This document shows, piece after piece, positions 31,438-42,337 of a DNA stretch of 64,000 bases (its first letter is position 1; each line of letters opens with the position of its first letter). The notes beneath the pieces are model-generated. The model was given only the letters and a program-made list of their open reading frames with translations. It ran no database searches and was not told the DNA's origin. This DNA comes from Spirochaetia bacterium (GTDB taxonomy: Bacteria; Spirochaetota; Spirochaetia; SZUA-6; Bin103), in NCBI GenBank assembly GCA_965208575.1, contig CBDBOV010000006.1:768001-832000 (forward strand). The letters are read 5' to 3'. The translations under genes were made by a program, and so were the position numbers.

Positions 31438-33249
31438 CTAATTCCCCATCGTTGCTTGCTTCAGCTCACTATCAATCCAGAGGCGGGCCAGGTGGGTATT
31501 ACGTTCGCCGTTTCCCATCCCTGCTTCACCGAAATATCCCTGCACCCATGGCTGGCTCACGGAGAACCAGGGGGAGCTGGATTTAACGAGGGCCCAGTGC
31601 TCCCTTACCGTGATCTCATCGGCCTGCCTGATAAGACTCTTGAACTCCTCAAGGTCGGTGGTCTCGATGGCGGCAAGATGCAGGGCGTCGATACGCGGGT
31701 CCGTCGCCTTGTTGTGGCTTCTCCCATCAAAGCTCTGGCTTATCCATGTCAGGTTGGTTCCGCTGCTGCCAAACCAGCCATAATAACTGGCCACAAACTC
31801 ATACTCGTGCGTGTCCGCATTCAACAAAGCCCCTGACTCAGCGCTAGTCTGTATAAACAGCTCGCTGTCAACGCCAATGGCATCCAGGTACCCCATGACG
31901 AGTTCCGGATAGGTCGGCTCGTACCTGCTGAACTGGGCAATCTCGACCTTGAATCTATAGCCGTCGTCGCCGCGCGGATATCCGGCCGCATCAAGGAGTT
32001 CCTCGGCCTTTTCAGGATTATAGGTATATTCTTGCTTGACCTCGTCGGGCCACTCTGCATATGGCCAGGACCACCCGGTAGAACTTTGATGTACGTACCC
32101 ATAAGGTGCTGGATCTCCCAACCCCTTGAAGTAGGTAGCGGAGATTGTCTCTCGGTCCACTGCCATCTGCAGTGCCTTGCGCACATTGAGGTCGGCAGTT
32201 ATGGCAGGCGAGGCCACGTTCATGTACAAAACACCCGATGCAGGGTTGTAAACCGGCCACACGTCGATTTCAGGGCTGGTCTTCTGGAGGCTCTCCAAAT
32301 CGTCGATAGATGTAATATACGCGTCGCCGACGTTACCCATCATGTCAACCTTACCCGTGCGCAGTGCCGCCAGACGTGCTGACATGTCCGGCATAAGGAG
32401 GGACCTCAACTCATCAATATAGGGTAGGCGGTTGTCCGGGAATTTTTCGTCGTAGCCCCAGTAGTCAGGATTCTTCTGCCAGGTTGCCGAGCTACCCTCC
32501 ACGAATTCTGTCAGTCTCCAGGGCCCGGTGCCGACCAGGTTTCTCCAGTTCTTGGCATCGCCGTACTCCTCGATTTGCTCAGGGGCGTGCACAAAAAAGT
32601 AGCCGTTGAGAAATTTCCCGAGCACATCGAGGTGAGGCTTCGTCAGCTTAATCTCAACCGTCCATTGGTCGGTGGCCGTTACCGATTCGATACCTACACC
32701 GCCGACGACCGCACCGACCGCGGCGTTCGGTCCGTCTTCGGTGAAATCGCCCAGACCGAAATAGCGGTGAAAGTTCCATTCGACGTCATCGGCATCGAAC
32801 TGCCGACCGTTCATCGGCGCCTTGTCATGCCAGTGAACGCCCTGGCGGATGTTCCAGATAAACGTTGTGTCGTCGGGCATTGACCAGCTTTCAGCCAGAG
32901 CCCCGGTAGTCATCTCCGGGGTCACAACGGAGTAAATTCTACCGTTCCATATGTCCCTGGATAGTCCCCAGTCGGCGAATGCGAGCCTTTCAACAACGCC
33001 ACCGATGAGGTGAGGCGCCCAGCCAAGATTCCACCAGTTGTCAGTACTCGGAGGAAAGACCGTAACGGCCGACGTGAGTGTCCCGCCATACTGTGGCGCG
33101 GTCCACGTCATGCCGGTGGCGGGGTCGAACACCGTTTCCTTCTCGGTAGCCGCCGCCGGCGCCTCTTCTGCGCCAGCGGCCCAGAGGCCGGTGGCGGTCA
33201 GAACGAGGACCAGTGCAACCACGAAGGTGGTGACTGTTACAATATTCAT
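31438..33249 (-). CDS. ABC substrate-binding protein, family 5
   Basis: 603 aa intact; paralog of 21913..23712. Confidence 0.92.
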   Translation of the reverse strand: MNIVTVTTFVVALVLVLTATGLWAAGAEEAPAAATEKETVFDPATGMTWTAPQYGGTLTSAVTVFPPSTDNWWNLGWAPHLIGGVVERLAFADWGLSRDIWNGRIYSVVTPEMTTGALAESWSMPDDTTFIWNIRQGVHWHDKAPMNGRQFDADDVEWNFHRYFGLGDFTEDGPNAAVGAVVGGVGIESVTATDQWTVEIKLTKPHLDVLGKFLNGYFFVHAPEQIEEYGDAKNWRNLVGTGPWRLTEFVEGSSATWQKNPDYWGYDEKFPDNRLPYIDELRSLLMPDMSARLAALRTGKVDMMGNVGDAYITSIDDLESLQKTSPEIDVWPVYNPASGVLYMNVASPAITADLNVRKALQMAVDRETISATYFKGLGDPAPYGYVHQSSTGWSWPYAEWPDEVKQEYTYNPEKAEELLDAAGYPRGDDGYRFKVEIAQFSRYEPTYPELVMGYLDAIGVDSELFIQTSAESGALLNADTHEYEFVASYYGWFGSSGTNLTWISQSFDGRSHNKATDPRIDALHLAAIETTDLEEFKSLIRQADEITVREHWALVKSSSPWFSVSQPWVQGYFGEAGMGNGERNTHLARLWIDSELKQATMGN

Positions 33250-33503
33250 ACGTAACTCCGTAGCTGATTTCTGAGAGTATTGCGTAGCGCCGTGCCGCTC
33301 CCTGGCTACTCTCGCGCCCGCAACGCGGGCGGCCGGCCAGACAGAGTCGAATTTGTGAAGCGCGCGGCGTGGGACTCACCGGGTACACGCCGCGCGCGCG
33401 TGCGGTTCTTTCAGTATCATCCTGCACCCTTGGGGCGCGGCCGCCGGAGGACACGGCGAACCCCAGTGAACCGTATGCTCACACGCGCGGGCAAACGTGT
33501 CAA
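33250..33503 (-). promoter_or_regulatory. Leader copy D: promoter, micro-ORF MILKEPHARAACTR (33376-33420) and P1-P3 (poly-C module absent)
   Basis: Alignment with copies A, B and E; TTGACA-N17-GAGCAT. Confidence 0.75.
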
Positions 33504-33531
33504 CCACACGCCCGACGCGGTGCCCGGGCCA

Positions 33532-33858
33532 TCAGTCACAGCCGGTTGCGCGAGCGAGGGCGAGACAGACCTGGCGCATCTTGCCCTCCGGGAGGCGCCC
33601 GATGAAACGGCTCAGCCGTGCCTGGTCTACCGTCTGCACGTGATCGAGGTTGGCGGCCGAGGCCCGCTTGAGGCCCACGTCTATGCCGACCGCCACCTCG
33701 GCGGGGGAACCGTGGATGGTCGAGGTAATGGGAGCGACCATCACGGTGTGCAGCAGCGGGATCACCTCCTGGCGGCTGATGATCACCACCGGCCGCCGCT
33801 TGTCCGGTGCCTTGAACGTGTACTGCCAGATCTCGCCTCGATTCAGCCGCCCGGCCAC
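33532..33858 (-). CDS. mazF: MazF/PemK family toxin
   Basis: RGEIW, KRRPVVIIS, VMVAPITS, NLDHVQTV, FIGRL. Confidence 0.9.
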   Translation of the reverse strand: MAGRLNRGEIWQYTFKAPDKRRPVVIISRQEVIPLLHTVMVAPITSTIHGSPAEVAVGIDVGLKRASAANLDHVQTVDQARLSRFIGRLPEGKMRQVCLALARATGCD

Positions 33859-34082
33859 GAGCCTTCCTCACCCCAGCCGGCCAATTCCTCGCCGCCGCCG
33901 CCGCGGAGCCCGCCCGCGTAGGCGGCGCGGTACTGCTCGGCGATCAGGTGCCGCTGTCTGCGTTGCAGAAATTCCGCCGCCGCGCGCCGCAGAATCGCCG
34001 ACCGCCCCTCCCGGCGCACCTCCTCCGACGCGTCGAGCCGCGCCAGCAGCGCCTCGTCGAACATCACCTGTATAGGTTTCAT
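33843..34082 (-). CDS. CopG/RHH antitoxin
   Basis: MKPIQVMFDEALLARLD...RSAILRRA; overlaps the toxin start; AT-rich quasi-palindrome upstream. Confidence 0.85.
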   Translation of the reverse strand: MKPIQVMFDEALLARLDASEEVRREGRSAILRRAAAEFLQRRQRHLIAEQYRAAYAGGLRGGGGEELAGWGEEGSWPGG

Positions 34083-34232
34083 CCATATAATATACGTGGG
34101 TCATATGCATACATCCAGGTAGCCTGAATTGGAGTTGACCGTCGACGGCGATGAGAAGTATAAGGCGGGAAAATGGCATGGGACGGGTCGGCCGGACCAT
34201 GCACAGCAAACATCAAAGGAGGAGCGAATTTG

Positions 34233-36050
34233 ATGCTTCTTTCATTCAGGAGGGCGGCGGCAGTCGGGCTCGGGCTCATGCTTGCGGCGACCGCCCTGTG
34301 GGCTTCGGCCGCAGAGGAATCCTCCGCCGAGGCAGAGTTCGTCGAGGTAGAGCTCGCCAAGCTCGACGGCACCACCATGACCCGGCAGTTCGAGAAACCC
34401 CGCTACGGCGGCACGATCACCATGAACCGGGAGATCCTGCTGGTCTCGTTTTCGCTCTGGGATCCGAGGGGCGGTGGTGGACCGCATGAGCTGGCCAACA
34501 TCCAGATAACCAACCAGCGCCTCACGCAGCTCGACTGGGCTCGTGGTCCGTCCGGCACCGGTGACTACCCGGTGCGGTCCTACGTGGCGTCGTTCCCACC
34601 GAACCTGGCAGTTCCCATGCTGGCGGAGAGCTGGACGCGTCCCAACGCCACCTCGATGGTGTTCAAGTTGCGCGAAGGTGTGCACTTCTGGGAGAAAGGG
34701 GACATCGCGGAGCCGAACCCCGGGCTTGAAGCTGACTACGGGCGCGAGCTGACCGCCCATGACGTGGTCTTTTCGAAGAACACGATGAACTGGTTCCAGG
34801 TGGGCCAACCCGGCATTCCCACCTATACCGCCCTCGACGACCACACCCTGGAGATGTCGTGGCCCACGCCGGACCCGCTCCTGGCGGCCTTCCAGTGGTC
34901 GATGTTCCTGTTCGTCTTCAACGGGGGTATGGCGAACATCCCCGAGGACGACTGGGGCGACTGGCGAAACGCACTCGGTACCGGCTCCTACATCCCGACC
35001 GACTACGTGCCCGGCAGTACCGTCACCTACAAGCGCAATCCCAACTACTGGGAGAACGATCCGATTCACCCCGAGAATCGGCTGCCCTACGCTGACAACC
35101 TCCGCATCGTCGACTTCGACGACGAGGCGGCGATCATCGCAGCGCTGCGGGCCGGCCAACTCGACCTGACCAACGGCCTCGGCTCAACCGGCAAGTGGGG
35201 GACACAGCTCAAGGAGACGAACCCCGAGATTGGCCAAGCCCCCGCCGCCCCGACCCCTACGGTCTGGGTGCCGCGCGTGGATCTGCCGGACAACCCGTTC
35301 AGTGACATCAAGGTGCGGCAGGCGCTCATGATGTCCATTCCGCGCGACGAGGTCGTCGCGGACTTCTACGGCGGATTCGCGCTTCCGTTTGCCTATCCGA
35401 CGTTTCCTCACTTCCCGGATTACTTCGTCGCGTACGAGGATCTGCCGACCGAGCCGATGCTGCCCGGTTCGTGCGCCAGTGCTCGCGATGTGGTGACGTA
35501 CCTTCCCGACAAGGCGCGCGAGTGCCTCGCCGCGGCGGGGTACCCGGACGGCTTCGAGTTCGACCTGTGGACGCCGCCGGGTGAGGCCGAGTTCAACGAG
35601 CTGTACCAGGGTTACTGGAACGAGGTGGGCATCCGTGCCAACCTCAAGGTAGTCGAGCTCGCGGTGTGGCAGTCGGTCAAGGACCGGGAGGACCACCTCG
35701 GACTGACGAGCTGGACCCCGGGCATGTGGGCGCATCAGCACGAGCTGCTGTTCAATCAGCTGGTCAGCAACGCCACGGTCAACAGCGCGCGGACGGACGA
35801 CCCGATGTACGACGCGATCGCCGAGCTGGTCACCACGGAGCTCGACGAAGAGAAGAGGATCGCGGCGTGGCAGGAGTTCTTTCCCAAGGCGCTGGAGCAT
35901 ACCGTGTATCCACACGGCGTCCCGTTCGACAAGCTGACGTTCTGGAACCCATGGGTGAAGGGATACAGTGGAGAGATGAGCAACGTCGGCATCCAGGGCT
36001 GGCACTCGGTGGCCAAGAACATCTGGATCGACCAGTCGATGCAGCCGTAG
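34233..36050 (+). CDS. ABC substrate-binding protein, family 5
   Basis: RBS aggagg; promoter TTGACC-N18-TATAAG at about 34135; LWASAAEE signal. Confidence 0.92.
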   Translation: MLLSFRRAAAVGLGLMLAATALWASAAEESSAEAEFVEVELAKLDGTTMTRQFEKPRYGGTITMNREILLVSFSLWDPRGGGGPHELANIQITNQRLTQLDWARGPSGTGDYPVRSYVASFPPNLAVPMLAESWTRPNATSMVFKLREGVHFWEKGDIAEPNPGLEADYGRELTAHDVVFSKNTMNWFQVGQPGIPTYTALDDHTLEMSWPTPDPLLAAFQWSMFLFVFNGGMANIPEDDWGDWRNALGTGSYIPTDYVPGSTVTYKRNPNYWENDPIHPENRLPYADNLRIVDFDDEAAIIAALRAGQLDLTNGLGSTGKWGTQLKETNPEIGQAPAAPTPTVWVPRVDLPDNPFSDIKVRQALMMSIPRDEVVADFYGGFALPFAYPTFPHFPDYFVAYEDLPTEPMLPGSCASARDVVTYLPDKARECLAAAGYPDGFEFDLWTPPGEAEFNELYQGYWNEVGIRANLKVVELAVWQSVKDREDHLGLTSWTPGMWAHQHELLFNQLVSNATVNSARTDDPMYDAIAELVTTELDEEKRIAAWQEFFPKALEHTVYPHGVPFDKLTFWNPWVKGYSGEMSNVGIQGWHSVAKNIWIDQSMQP

Positions 36051-36458
36051 TGGCCTTTCTTGGCACTGCGATAAGCTGACCACGGGTTGGCGCGGTTCCT
36101 TCGGGGACCGTCGCCAACCTTGTGTATCCAATCCTCGAAGCCGGCACAGCCTGGACAAGTCAGCGCAGTGGCCGGTCGGCGGTCACGGTCGGTGACCTCG
36201 GTCAGCCCCACCCACCCGTCGCGGCAGCTACCGGCACGTTGACAGGGGTTTGGCCGGATCGCTATATTCCGGGGCGGCCGTCAAGGCCGGTAATGCCGGA
36301 AACGCCGGCAAAACGAGGCACAAGCAAACCTTGGTTCCTGAGAGCGATGTTGCCGTCCCCGGGGCGACCGTCCGACGGGGCGGGAGTCGGCCGACGCGCG
36401 GGCGTGGGGCGGGAACTGGCGGAACATGCGCGATACACACAAAGGGAGAGCAAATTTG

Positions 36459-38282
36459 ATGCTTATTTCGATCAGGAGGGCGGCGGCAGTCATGCTCGGG
36501 CTCGGACTCGTGCTGACGTCGACTGCCCTGTGGGCTTCGGCCGCGGAGGAAGCCTCCGCCGAGGCAGAGTTCGTCGACCTGGAGCTCACCAAGCTCGACG
36601 GCAGCACCATGACGAGGAACTACGAGAAGCCTCGCTACGGTGGCACCATCACCATGAACCGCGAGATCCTGCTGGTCTCGTTCTCTCTGTGGGATCCACG
36701 GAGCGGTGGCGGACCCCACGAGCTGGCGAATGTCCAGGTAACCAACCAGCGCCTCTCGCAGTTGGACTGGGCACATGGTCCGTCCGGTACCGGTGAATAC
36801 GACGTGCGGCAGTATACCGCGGCGAACCCACCAGCCCTGGCTGTTCCCATGCTGGCGGAGAGCTGGACAATCCCCAATCCGACCTCGATGGTGTTCAAGA
36901 TGCGCGAAGGCGTTCACTTCTGGGCGGAAGAAGACGTAGCGCAGGCGAATCCCGGGCTACAGGCTGACTACGGGCGCGAGCTGACTGCCCATGACGTGGT
37001 CTTCTCGAAAAACACGTCGAACTGGTACCGGCAGGGCATGCCCGGCATAGCCACCTATACCGCCCTCGACGACCACACCCTGGAGGTGTCGTGGCCTGAG
37101 CCCGACCCACTCCTCGAGGCTTTCAAGTTGTCGATGTACCTGTTCATCTTCAACGGCGGGATGGCGAACATCCCGGAGGGCGATTGGGGGGACTGGCAAA
37201 ACGCACTCGGTACCGGCTCCTACATCCCCACGGACTACGTGCCGGGCAGCAGCGTTACGTACAAGCGCAATCCCAACTACTGGGAGAACGATCCGATTCA
37301 CCCCGAGAATCGGCTGCCCTACGCTGACAACCTGCGCATCGTCGACTTCGACGACGAGGCGTCGATCATCGCCGCGTTGCGGGCTGGTCAGATCGACCTG
37401 ACCAACGGCCTCGGCTCGTCGGGCAAGTGGGGGCTGCAGCTCAAGGACACGAACCCCGAGATTGGCCAGGCGCCCGCCGCCCCGACCCCTACGGTCTGGG
37501 TGCCACGCGTGGACCTGCCAGACAGCCCGTTCAGTGACATCAAGGTGCGGCAGGCGCTGATGATGTCCATTCCGCGCGACGAGGTGGTCAAGGACTTCTA
37601 TGGCGGGTTCGCAGTTCCGTACTCGTATCCGACGTTTCCCGCGTTCCCGGATTACTTCGTCGCGTACGACCAACTGCCAACCGAGCCCATGCTGCCTGGT
37701 TCGTGCGCCAGCGCGCGCGACGTGGTCACCTACAATCCCGACAAGGCGAGGGATTGTCTCGCTCAGGCAGGGTTCCCCGACGGCTTCGAGTTCGACCTGT
37801 GGACGCCGCCGGGTGAGGCCGAGTTCAACGAGCTCTACCAGGGTTACTGGAACGAGGTGGGCATCCGCGCCAACCTCAAGGTGGTCGAGGGCGCGGTGTG
37901 GCAATCGGTCAAGGACCGGGAGGACCACCTCGGGCTGGCGAGCTGGACGCCGGGCATGTGGCAGCACCATTACGAGCTGCTTTTCAATCAGCTGACCAGC
38001 AACGCCACGGTCAACAGCGCACGGACGTCCGAACCGATGTACGACGCGATCGCCGCGGTTGTGACTACCGAGTTCGACGAACAGAAGCGGATCGCGGCGT
38101 ATCGGGAGTTCTTTCCCAAGGCGCTGGAGGATAGCGCGTATCCGCACGGCGTCGCGTTCGACAAGCTGACGTTCTGGAACCCATGGGTGAAGGGATACAG
38201 CGGAGAGATGAGCAACGTCGGCATCCAGGGCTGGCACTCGGTGGCCAAGAACATCTGGATCGACCAGGCGATGCAGCCGTAG
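36459..38282 (+). CDS. ABC substrate-binding protein, family 5 (tandem paralog of 34233)
   Basis: High identity to the upstream SBP; promoter TTGACA-N18-TATATT at about 36239. Confidence 0.92.
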   Translation: MLISIRRAAAVMLGLGLVLTSTALWASAAEEASAEAEFVDLELTKLDGSTMTRNYEKPRYGGTITMNREILLVSFSLWDPRSGGGPHELANVQVTNQRLSQLDWAHGPSGTGEYDVRQYTAANPPALAVPMLAESWTIPNPTSMVFKMREGVHFWAEEDVAQANPGLQADYGRELTAHDVVFSKNTSNWYRQGMPGIATYTALDDHTLEVSWPEPDPLLEAFKLSMYLFIFNGGMANIPEGDWGDWQNALGTGSYIPTDYVPGSSVTYKRNPNYWENDPIHPENRLPYADNLRIVDFDDEASIIAALRAGQIDLTNGLGSSGKWGLQLKDTNPEIGQAPAAPTPTVWVPRVDLPDSPFSDIKVRQALMMSIPRDEVVKDFYGGFAVPYSYPTFPAFPDYFVAYDQLPTEPMLPGSCASARDVVTYNPDKARDCLAQAGFPDGFEFDLWTPPGEAEFNELYQGYWNEVGIRANLKVVEGAVWQSVKDREDHLGLASWTPGMWQHHYELLFNQLTSNATVNSARTSEPMYDAIAAVVTTEFDEQKRIAAYREFFPKALEDSAYPHGVAFDKLTFWNPWVKGYSGEMSNVGIQGWHSVAKNIWIDQAMQP

Positions 38283-38382
38283 TGGCCCAATTGGCACTGC
38301 GATAGCTGACCACGGGGTTGGCGGAGTTTCCTTTTCGGGAAGCGTCGCCAGCCCCTTTCTTTGAAGCGGCAACCATAGCTTG

Positions 38383-39384
38383 ATGACTGCCTACATCATC
38401 AGACGGGTCGTTCTGATCATTCCCACGCTGTTCATCGTCTCGCTGCTGGCGTTCTTCCTGATTCGCTGGATTCCCGGCGACGTCATCGACCTGATGGTGG
38501 CGATCATGCAGCAGTACGTGTCCCTTGGAACCACGACCACGGACTTGGTGGGCAGCAGCGAGGAGGTTGTGGAGCAACTGGCGCAGACCCTGCGCGAACA
38601 GCTTGGACTGGATGTCCCGGCGCACATTCAGTACGTGCGCTGGCTCGGGGAACTGTTCCAGGGCCGGCTCGGAGATTCGCTGTGGACCAGGCAGCCGGTC
38701 GGAACGGACATCCTGTTCCGCCTGCCGATATCTCTCCAGCTCGGCCTGATGGCGATCATCTTCGCGCTGGTGATTGCGCTGCCGGTAGGCATTATTTCCG
38801 GGATCCGGCCCGACTCCGGCACCGACCAGGTTCTGCGCAGCTTCGCCATTCTGCTGGTTACCGTTCCCGCCTTCTGGCTGGGCACCATGGTGGTGGTCTA
38901 CCCGGCGCTGTGGTGGAGTTGGGCGCCGCCCTTGTTCTTCGTCCGATTCGGCGACGATCCGCTCGGCAACCTGGCCCAGATGTTCGTGCCGTCACTCATC
39001 CAGGGGATGCTGCTGTCGGGAATCATAATGCGATTTACGCGCACCATGATGCTGGAGGTGCTGCGCCAGGACTACGTCCGCACGGCGTGGGCGAAGGGGC
39101 TGCGCGAGCGGGTGCTGGTGATGCGCCACGTCCTCAAGAATGCCACGATTCCGGTGATCACGATGATCGGACTGCAGTTGCCGGTGCTGATTGGCGGCGC
39201 CGTGATCGTGGAGAAGATCTTCAACATACCGGGCCTCGGATCGCTGATAATCGAAGCACTCGAGAAGCGTGACTACCCCATCGTCACCGCCGTGAACCTG
39301 CTCATGGCGGGGGTCGTGCTCGTCGTCAACGTCCTGATCGACATCAGCTACGCTTGGCTCGACCCGCGGATCCGCTACGACTGA
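38383..39384 (+). CDS. ABC permease, DppB-like
   Basis: Standard motifs. Confidence 0.92.
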   Translation: MTAYIIRRVVLIIPTLFIVSLLAFFLIRWIPGDVIDLMVAIMQQYVSLGTTTTDLVGSSEEVVEQLAQTLREQLGLDVPAHIQYVRWLGELFQGRLGDSLWTRQPVGTDILFRLPISLQLGLMAIIFALVIALPVGIISGIRPDSGTDQVLRSFAILLVTVPAFWLGTMVVVYPALWWSWAPPLFFVRFGDDPLGNLAQMFVPSLIQGMLLSGIIMRFTRTMMLEVLRQDYVRTAWAKGLRERVLVMRHVLKNATIPVITMIGLQLPVLIGGAVIVEKIFNIPGLGSLIIEALEKRDYPIVTAVNLLMAGVVLVVNVLIDISYAWLDPRIRYD

Positions 39385-40325
39385 TGGCTGACCCCGTGGC
39401 GCCCAAGGCGCCGGCCGCCGCTCAGCACGCGCGTACGTCACTCCTGCGCCAGACCCTCTCCCGGTTGTTCCGGGAGAAGAAGCTGGGCGCCGTCGGGCTG
39501 ATCATCATGGTGCTGTTCCTGCTGATCGGCATCTTCGCGGACGTGCTTGCCACCCACGACATGTTCGAGCAGAACGTCCCGCGGCGCCTGGAAGGGCCAT
39601 CGTCCGACTATCCCCTGGGCACCGATCAGTTTGGGCGCGACGTGTACAGCCGGGTGGTGCAGGGTGCCCGCGTCTCGATGCTGGTCGGCCTCGCCTCCAG
39701 CCTGGTTGCGGTGGTAGTCGCCACCGTGTTCGGACTCCTGCTGGGGTACTTCGGCGGTGTGGCGGATTTGATCGGGCAGAGGGTGGTGGATGCCGTGCAG
39801 GCGTTTCCGTGGCTATTCCTGATCATCACGGTGATGTCGCTGCTGGGACCAGGCATCCCGCAGGTGATCATCGTCCTGGGCGTACCCTGGGGCATCGTCA
39901 ACATCAGGACCGTGCGCAGCGTCGTGCTGAGCGTGAAGGAGACCCCCTACGTGGAGGCGGCGCGGGCGACCGGGGCCGGCACCCTGCGCATACTCGCGCG
40001 CCACATCGCGCCGCAGCTCGTGGCGCCGATGATCGTCCTGTTCACGGTTTCGGTGGGCGGCAACATCCTCGCCGAGGCGTCGGTGAGCTTCCTCGGCTTC
40101 GGCATACCGCCGCCGCAGCCGAGCTGGGGCAGCATGCTGAGCATCGAGGGCCGTTCCTACATGCTGGAGGCGCCGTTGTTGGCGTTCTGGCCCGGCCTGT
40201 GCCTGGCGATCGTGGTGTTCGGCATCAACATGTTCGGCGACGCGCTGCGCGACCTGCTCGATCCCCGCCTGCGCGGCGGCATCGGCCGCTTCGGCGCCGA
40301 GGCCCCGTCCACCAACCGCAAGTAA
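39384..40325 (+). CDS. ABC permease, DppC-like
   Basis: Start MADPVAP overlaps the dppB stop (TGATG). Confidence 0.92.
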   Translation: MADPVAPKAPAAAQHARTSLLRQTLSRLFREKKLGAVGLIIMVLFLLIGIFADVLATHDMFEQNVPRRLEGPSSDYPLGTDQFGRDVYSRVVQGARVSMLVGLASSLVAVVVATVFGLLLGYFGGVADLIGQRVVDAVQAFPWLFLIITVMSLLGPGIPQVIIVLGVPWGIVNIRTVRSVVLSVKETPYVEAARATGAGTLRILARHIAPQLVAPMIVLFTVSVGGNILAEASVSFLGFGIPPPQPSWGSMLSIEGRSYMLEAPLLAFWPGLCLAIVVFGINMFGDALRDLLDPRLRGGIGRFGAEAPSTNRK

Positions 40326-40439
40326 CGGCGCGGCGGCGCGGCGGCGCGGCGAGTTCTGCTTGACCGGCACGGCGTTGCCATGCTATGAGACTGCCAATCG
40401 AACTCGGGAGGATACCCGAGTGAAAAGGAGGCAGATAGC

Positions 40440-42254
40440 GTGACTATTTGCAAATGGAAGGCACTGTTCGCCGTGGCGGCGGCCGTGTTGCTGACGGCAA
40501 TCGGCGCCTGGGCCACTCCCGCCGCGGAGGAAGGGTCCGACGCTGCCATGTCGCCCTCGGACATCGACACCGTTCCGGTCTATGGCGGCAATCTCACCAC
40601 CGCCGACAACACCTGGTCGAGCGTCTGGGACCCGACGGTGCTCATTCACGGCATCCAGGTGGTGCCGGCCATCTACGATCAGTTGTTCGAGTACGACATC
40701 ACCCAGGGGCCACGCGGCACCGGCGAGTGGGGGTTGAACGACTTCAACTGGCAGAATCCCAACGTGATCACGTTCCAGGTCATCGAGTCCAACACGGTAC
40801 TGAGCCCGACCCAGTTGCGGTGGAAGATTCGCAGGGGCATCCACTACCACGACCGGCCGCCGGCCAACGGCAGAGAGATGACCGTGGAAGACGTGCTCGT
40901 CACGTGGGAGCACGTTACCGCGGAGCCAAGATCCGGCCTGATGTACAAGGGCGACGAGCTCCTCAAGATGACCGCCGATCCGAACGACCCCTGGGCGATC
41001 AACGTCGAACTGGCGGCGCCCGACAGCCTGGGTCTGTGGGTCTATCTCACCAGTGCCCTGAACGGCGTTCTGCCGGCCGAGTGGTGGCGGGATGACTCCA
41101 TCAACCGGGAGGACTGGCGCAGCCACATGGGATCGGGGCCGTTCTGGCCCATCGACGTCGTCGAGGGCAGCCACATTACCTACACCAGGAACCCCAACTA
41201 CTGGCAGACCGATCCTCTGAATCCCGGTAACCAGTTGCCGTACCTGGACACCATGCAGATCATCTCCTTCGCCGATGGCGCGGCGCGGATCGCGGCCCTG
41301 CGCAGCGGCAAGCTCGACCGCCAGGTGCAAAACGGCCTGACGCCCACGCAGATTGACGATCTGAGGCGGAGCAACCCGGAAATACGAACCAACGAGACGT
41401 GGGCCCACGGGCAGTATGCTGCGTTGCGTGCCGACCTGGCGCCGTGGAACGACATCCGCGTGCGGCAGGCGGCGATGCTCGCCATCGACCACGAGGCGCT
41501 CCGGGACTTCTTCACGCCGGAGCACTACCACTACCCGGGGTTCCCCGTGAAGCGGTCAGCCGGGAAGCCCCAGTACCATACCAGGGAGGAGCTGGCCGCG
41601 GTGCGTCCTGACCTCGCCCGGTTGTACGAATACCATCCCGACGAGGCCGAGCGGCTTCTCGACGAGGCCGGATACCCGCGTGGCGAGGACGGCATCCGTT
41701 TCGAGACCACCTTCATTACCGACTCCGGGCTCGATGAGAACTACCCCGCGTATTTTGCGTACTTCGAGGACGTCGGCATCCGGGTCAACATGGACCCGAT
41801 CCCGAACGGCGGCCACTGGGGCATGATCGGCGGTGCGGACGGTCCGAACGACGAGCACTTTACCGGCTTGGCGTTTCACAATGCCGGCGGCACCAGCTTC
41901 TCGGTCCTGGCCACACACTTCTGGAACGCACCGTATCGGCCGTTCTACAGCATGGGCCGTATCCAGGGTTCTCCCGAGGCCCTCGAGGTGGAGCGATTGT
42001 TCAACGAGGTCAACCTGCTCGAGGCCAACACTCCCGAGTGGACCGACGCGCTTCTGGATCTGGTCTTCTACTGGCAGGAGCAGCTCTGGTTCCTGGACTT
42101 CGGCGCCGTCCACGAGTACATGGCATGGCAGCCGTGGGTGAAGGGAAAAGAGGGCATGAGCGGACTGCAGACCTACCAGTACCACTTCACCAAGTACTTC
42201 TGGATCGACGCGGCCCTGAAGAAGGAGCTCAGCGGGCGCGACGCGGACGAATAG
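40440..42254 (+). CDS. ABC substrate-binding protein, family 5
   Basis: RBS aggagg with GTG start; AWATPAAEE signal; NPNYW, PWVKG. Confidence 0.92.
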   Translation: MTICKWKALFAVAAAVLLTAIGAWATPAAEEGSDAAMSPSDIDTVPVYGGNLTTADNTWSSVWDPTVLIHGIQVVPAIYDQLFEYDITQGPRGTGEWGLNDFNWQNPNVITFQVIESNTVLSPTQLRWKIRRGIHYHDRPPANGREMTVEDVLVTWEHVTAEPRSGLMYKGDELLKMTADPNDPWAINVELAAPDSLGLWVYLTSALNGVLPAEWWRDDSINREDWRSHMGSGPFWPIDVVEGSHITYTRNPNYWQTDPLNPGNQLPYLDTMQIISFADGAARIAALRSGKLDRQVQNGLTPTQIDDLRRSNPEIRTNETWAHGQYAALRADLAPWNDIRVRQAAMLAIDHEALRDFFTPEHYHYPGFPVKRSAGKPQYHTREELAAVRPDLARLYEYHPDEAERLLDEAGYPRGEDGIRFETTFITDSGLDENYPAYFAYFEDVGIRVNMDPIPNGGHWGMIGGADGPNDEHFTGLAFHNAGGTSFSVLATHFWNAPYRPFYSMGRIQGSPEALEVERLFNEVNLLEANTPEWTDALLDLVFYWQEQLWFLDFGAVHEYMAWQPWVKGKEGMSGLQTYQYHFTKYFWIDAALKKELSGRDADE

Positions 42255-42337
42255 CGTCCCTCTCTGATCTGATCCGTCTGATCTGATCTGAGCGTTCGCG
42301 GGGGCTGGGCCGGCTGGTCTGGCCCCCGTTTTCGCGC

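Noticed and set aside
42262-42292. Short TCTGA tandem repeats; also cggcgcgg repeats at about 40326-40350
   Set aside because: Too short with no spacers; not CRISPR, and no functional evidence.
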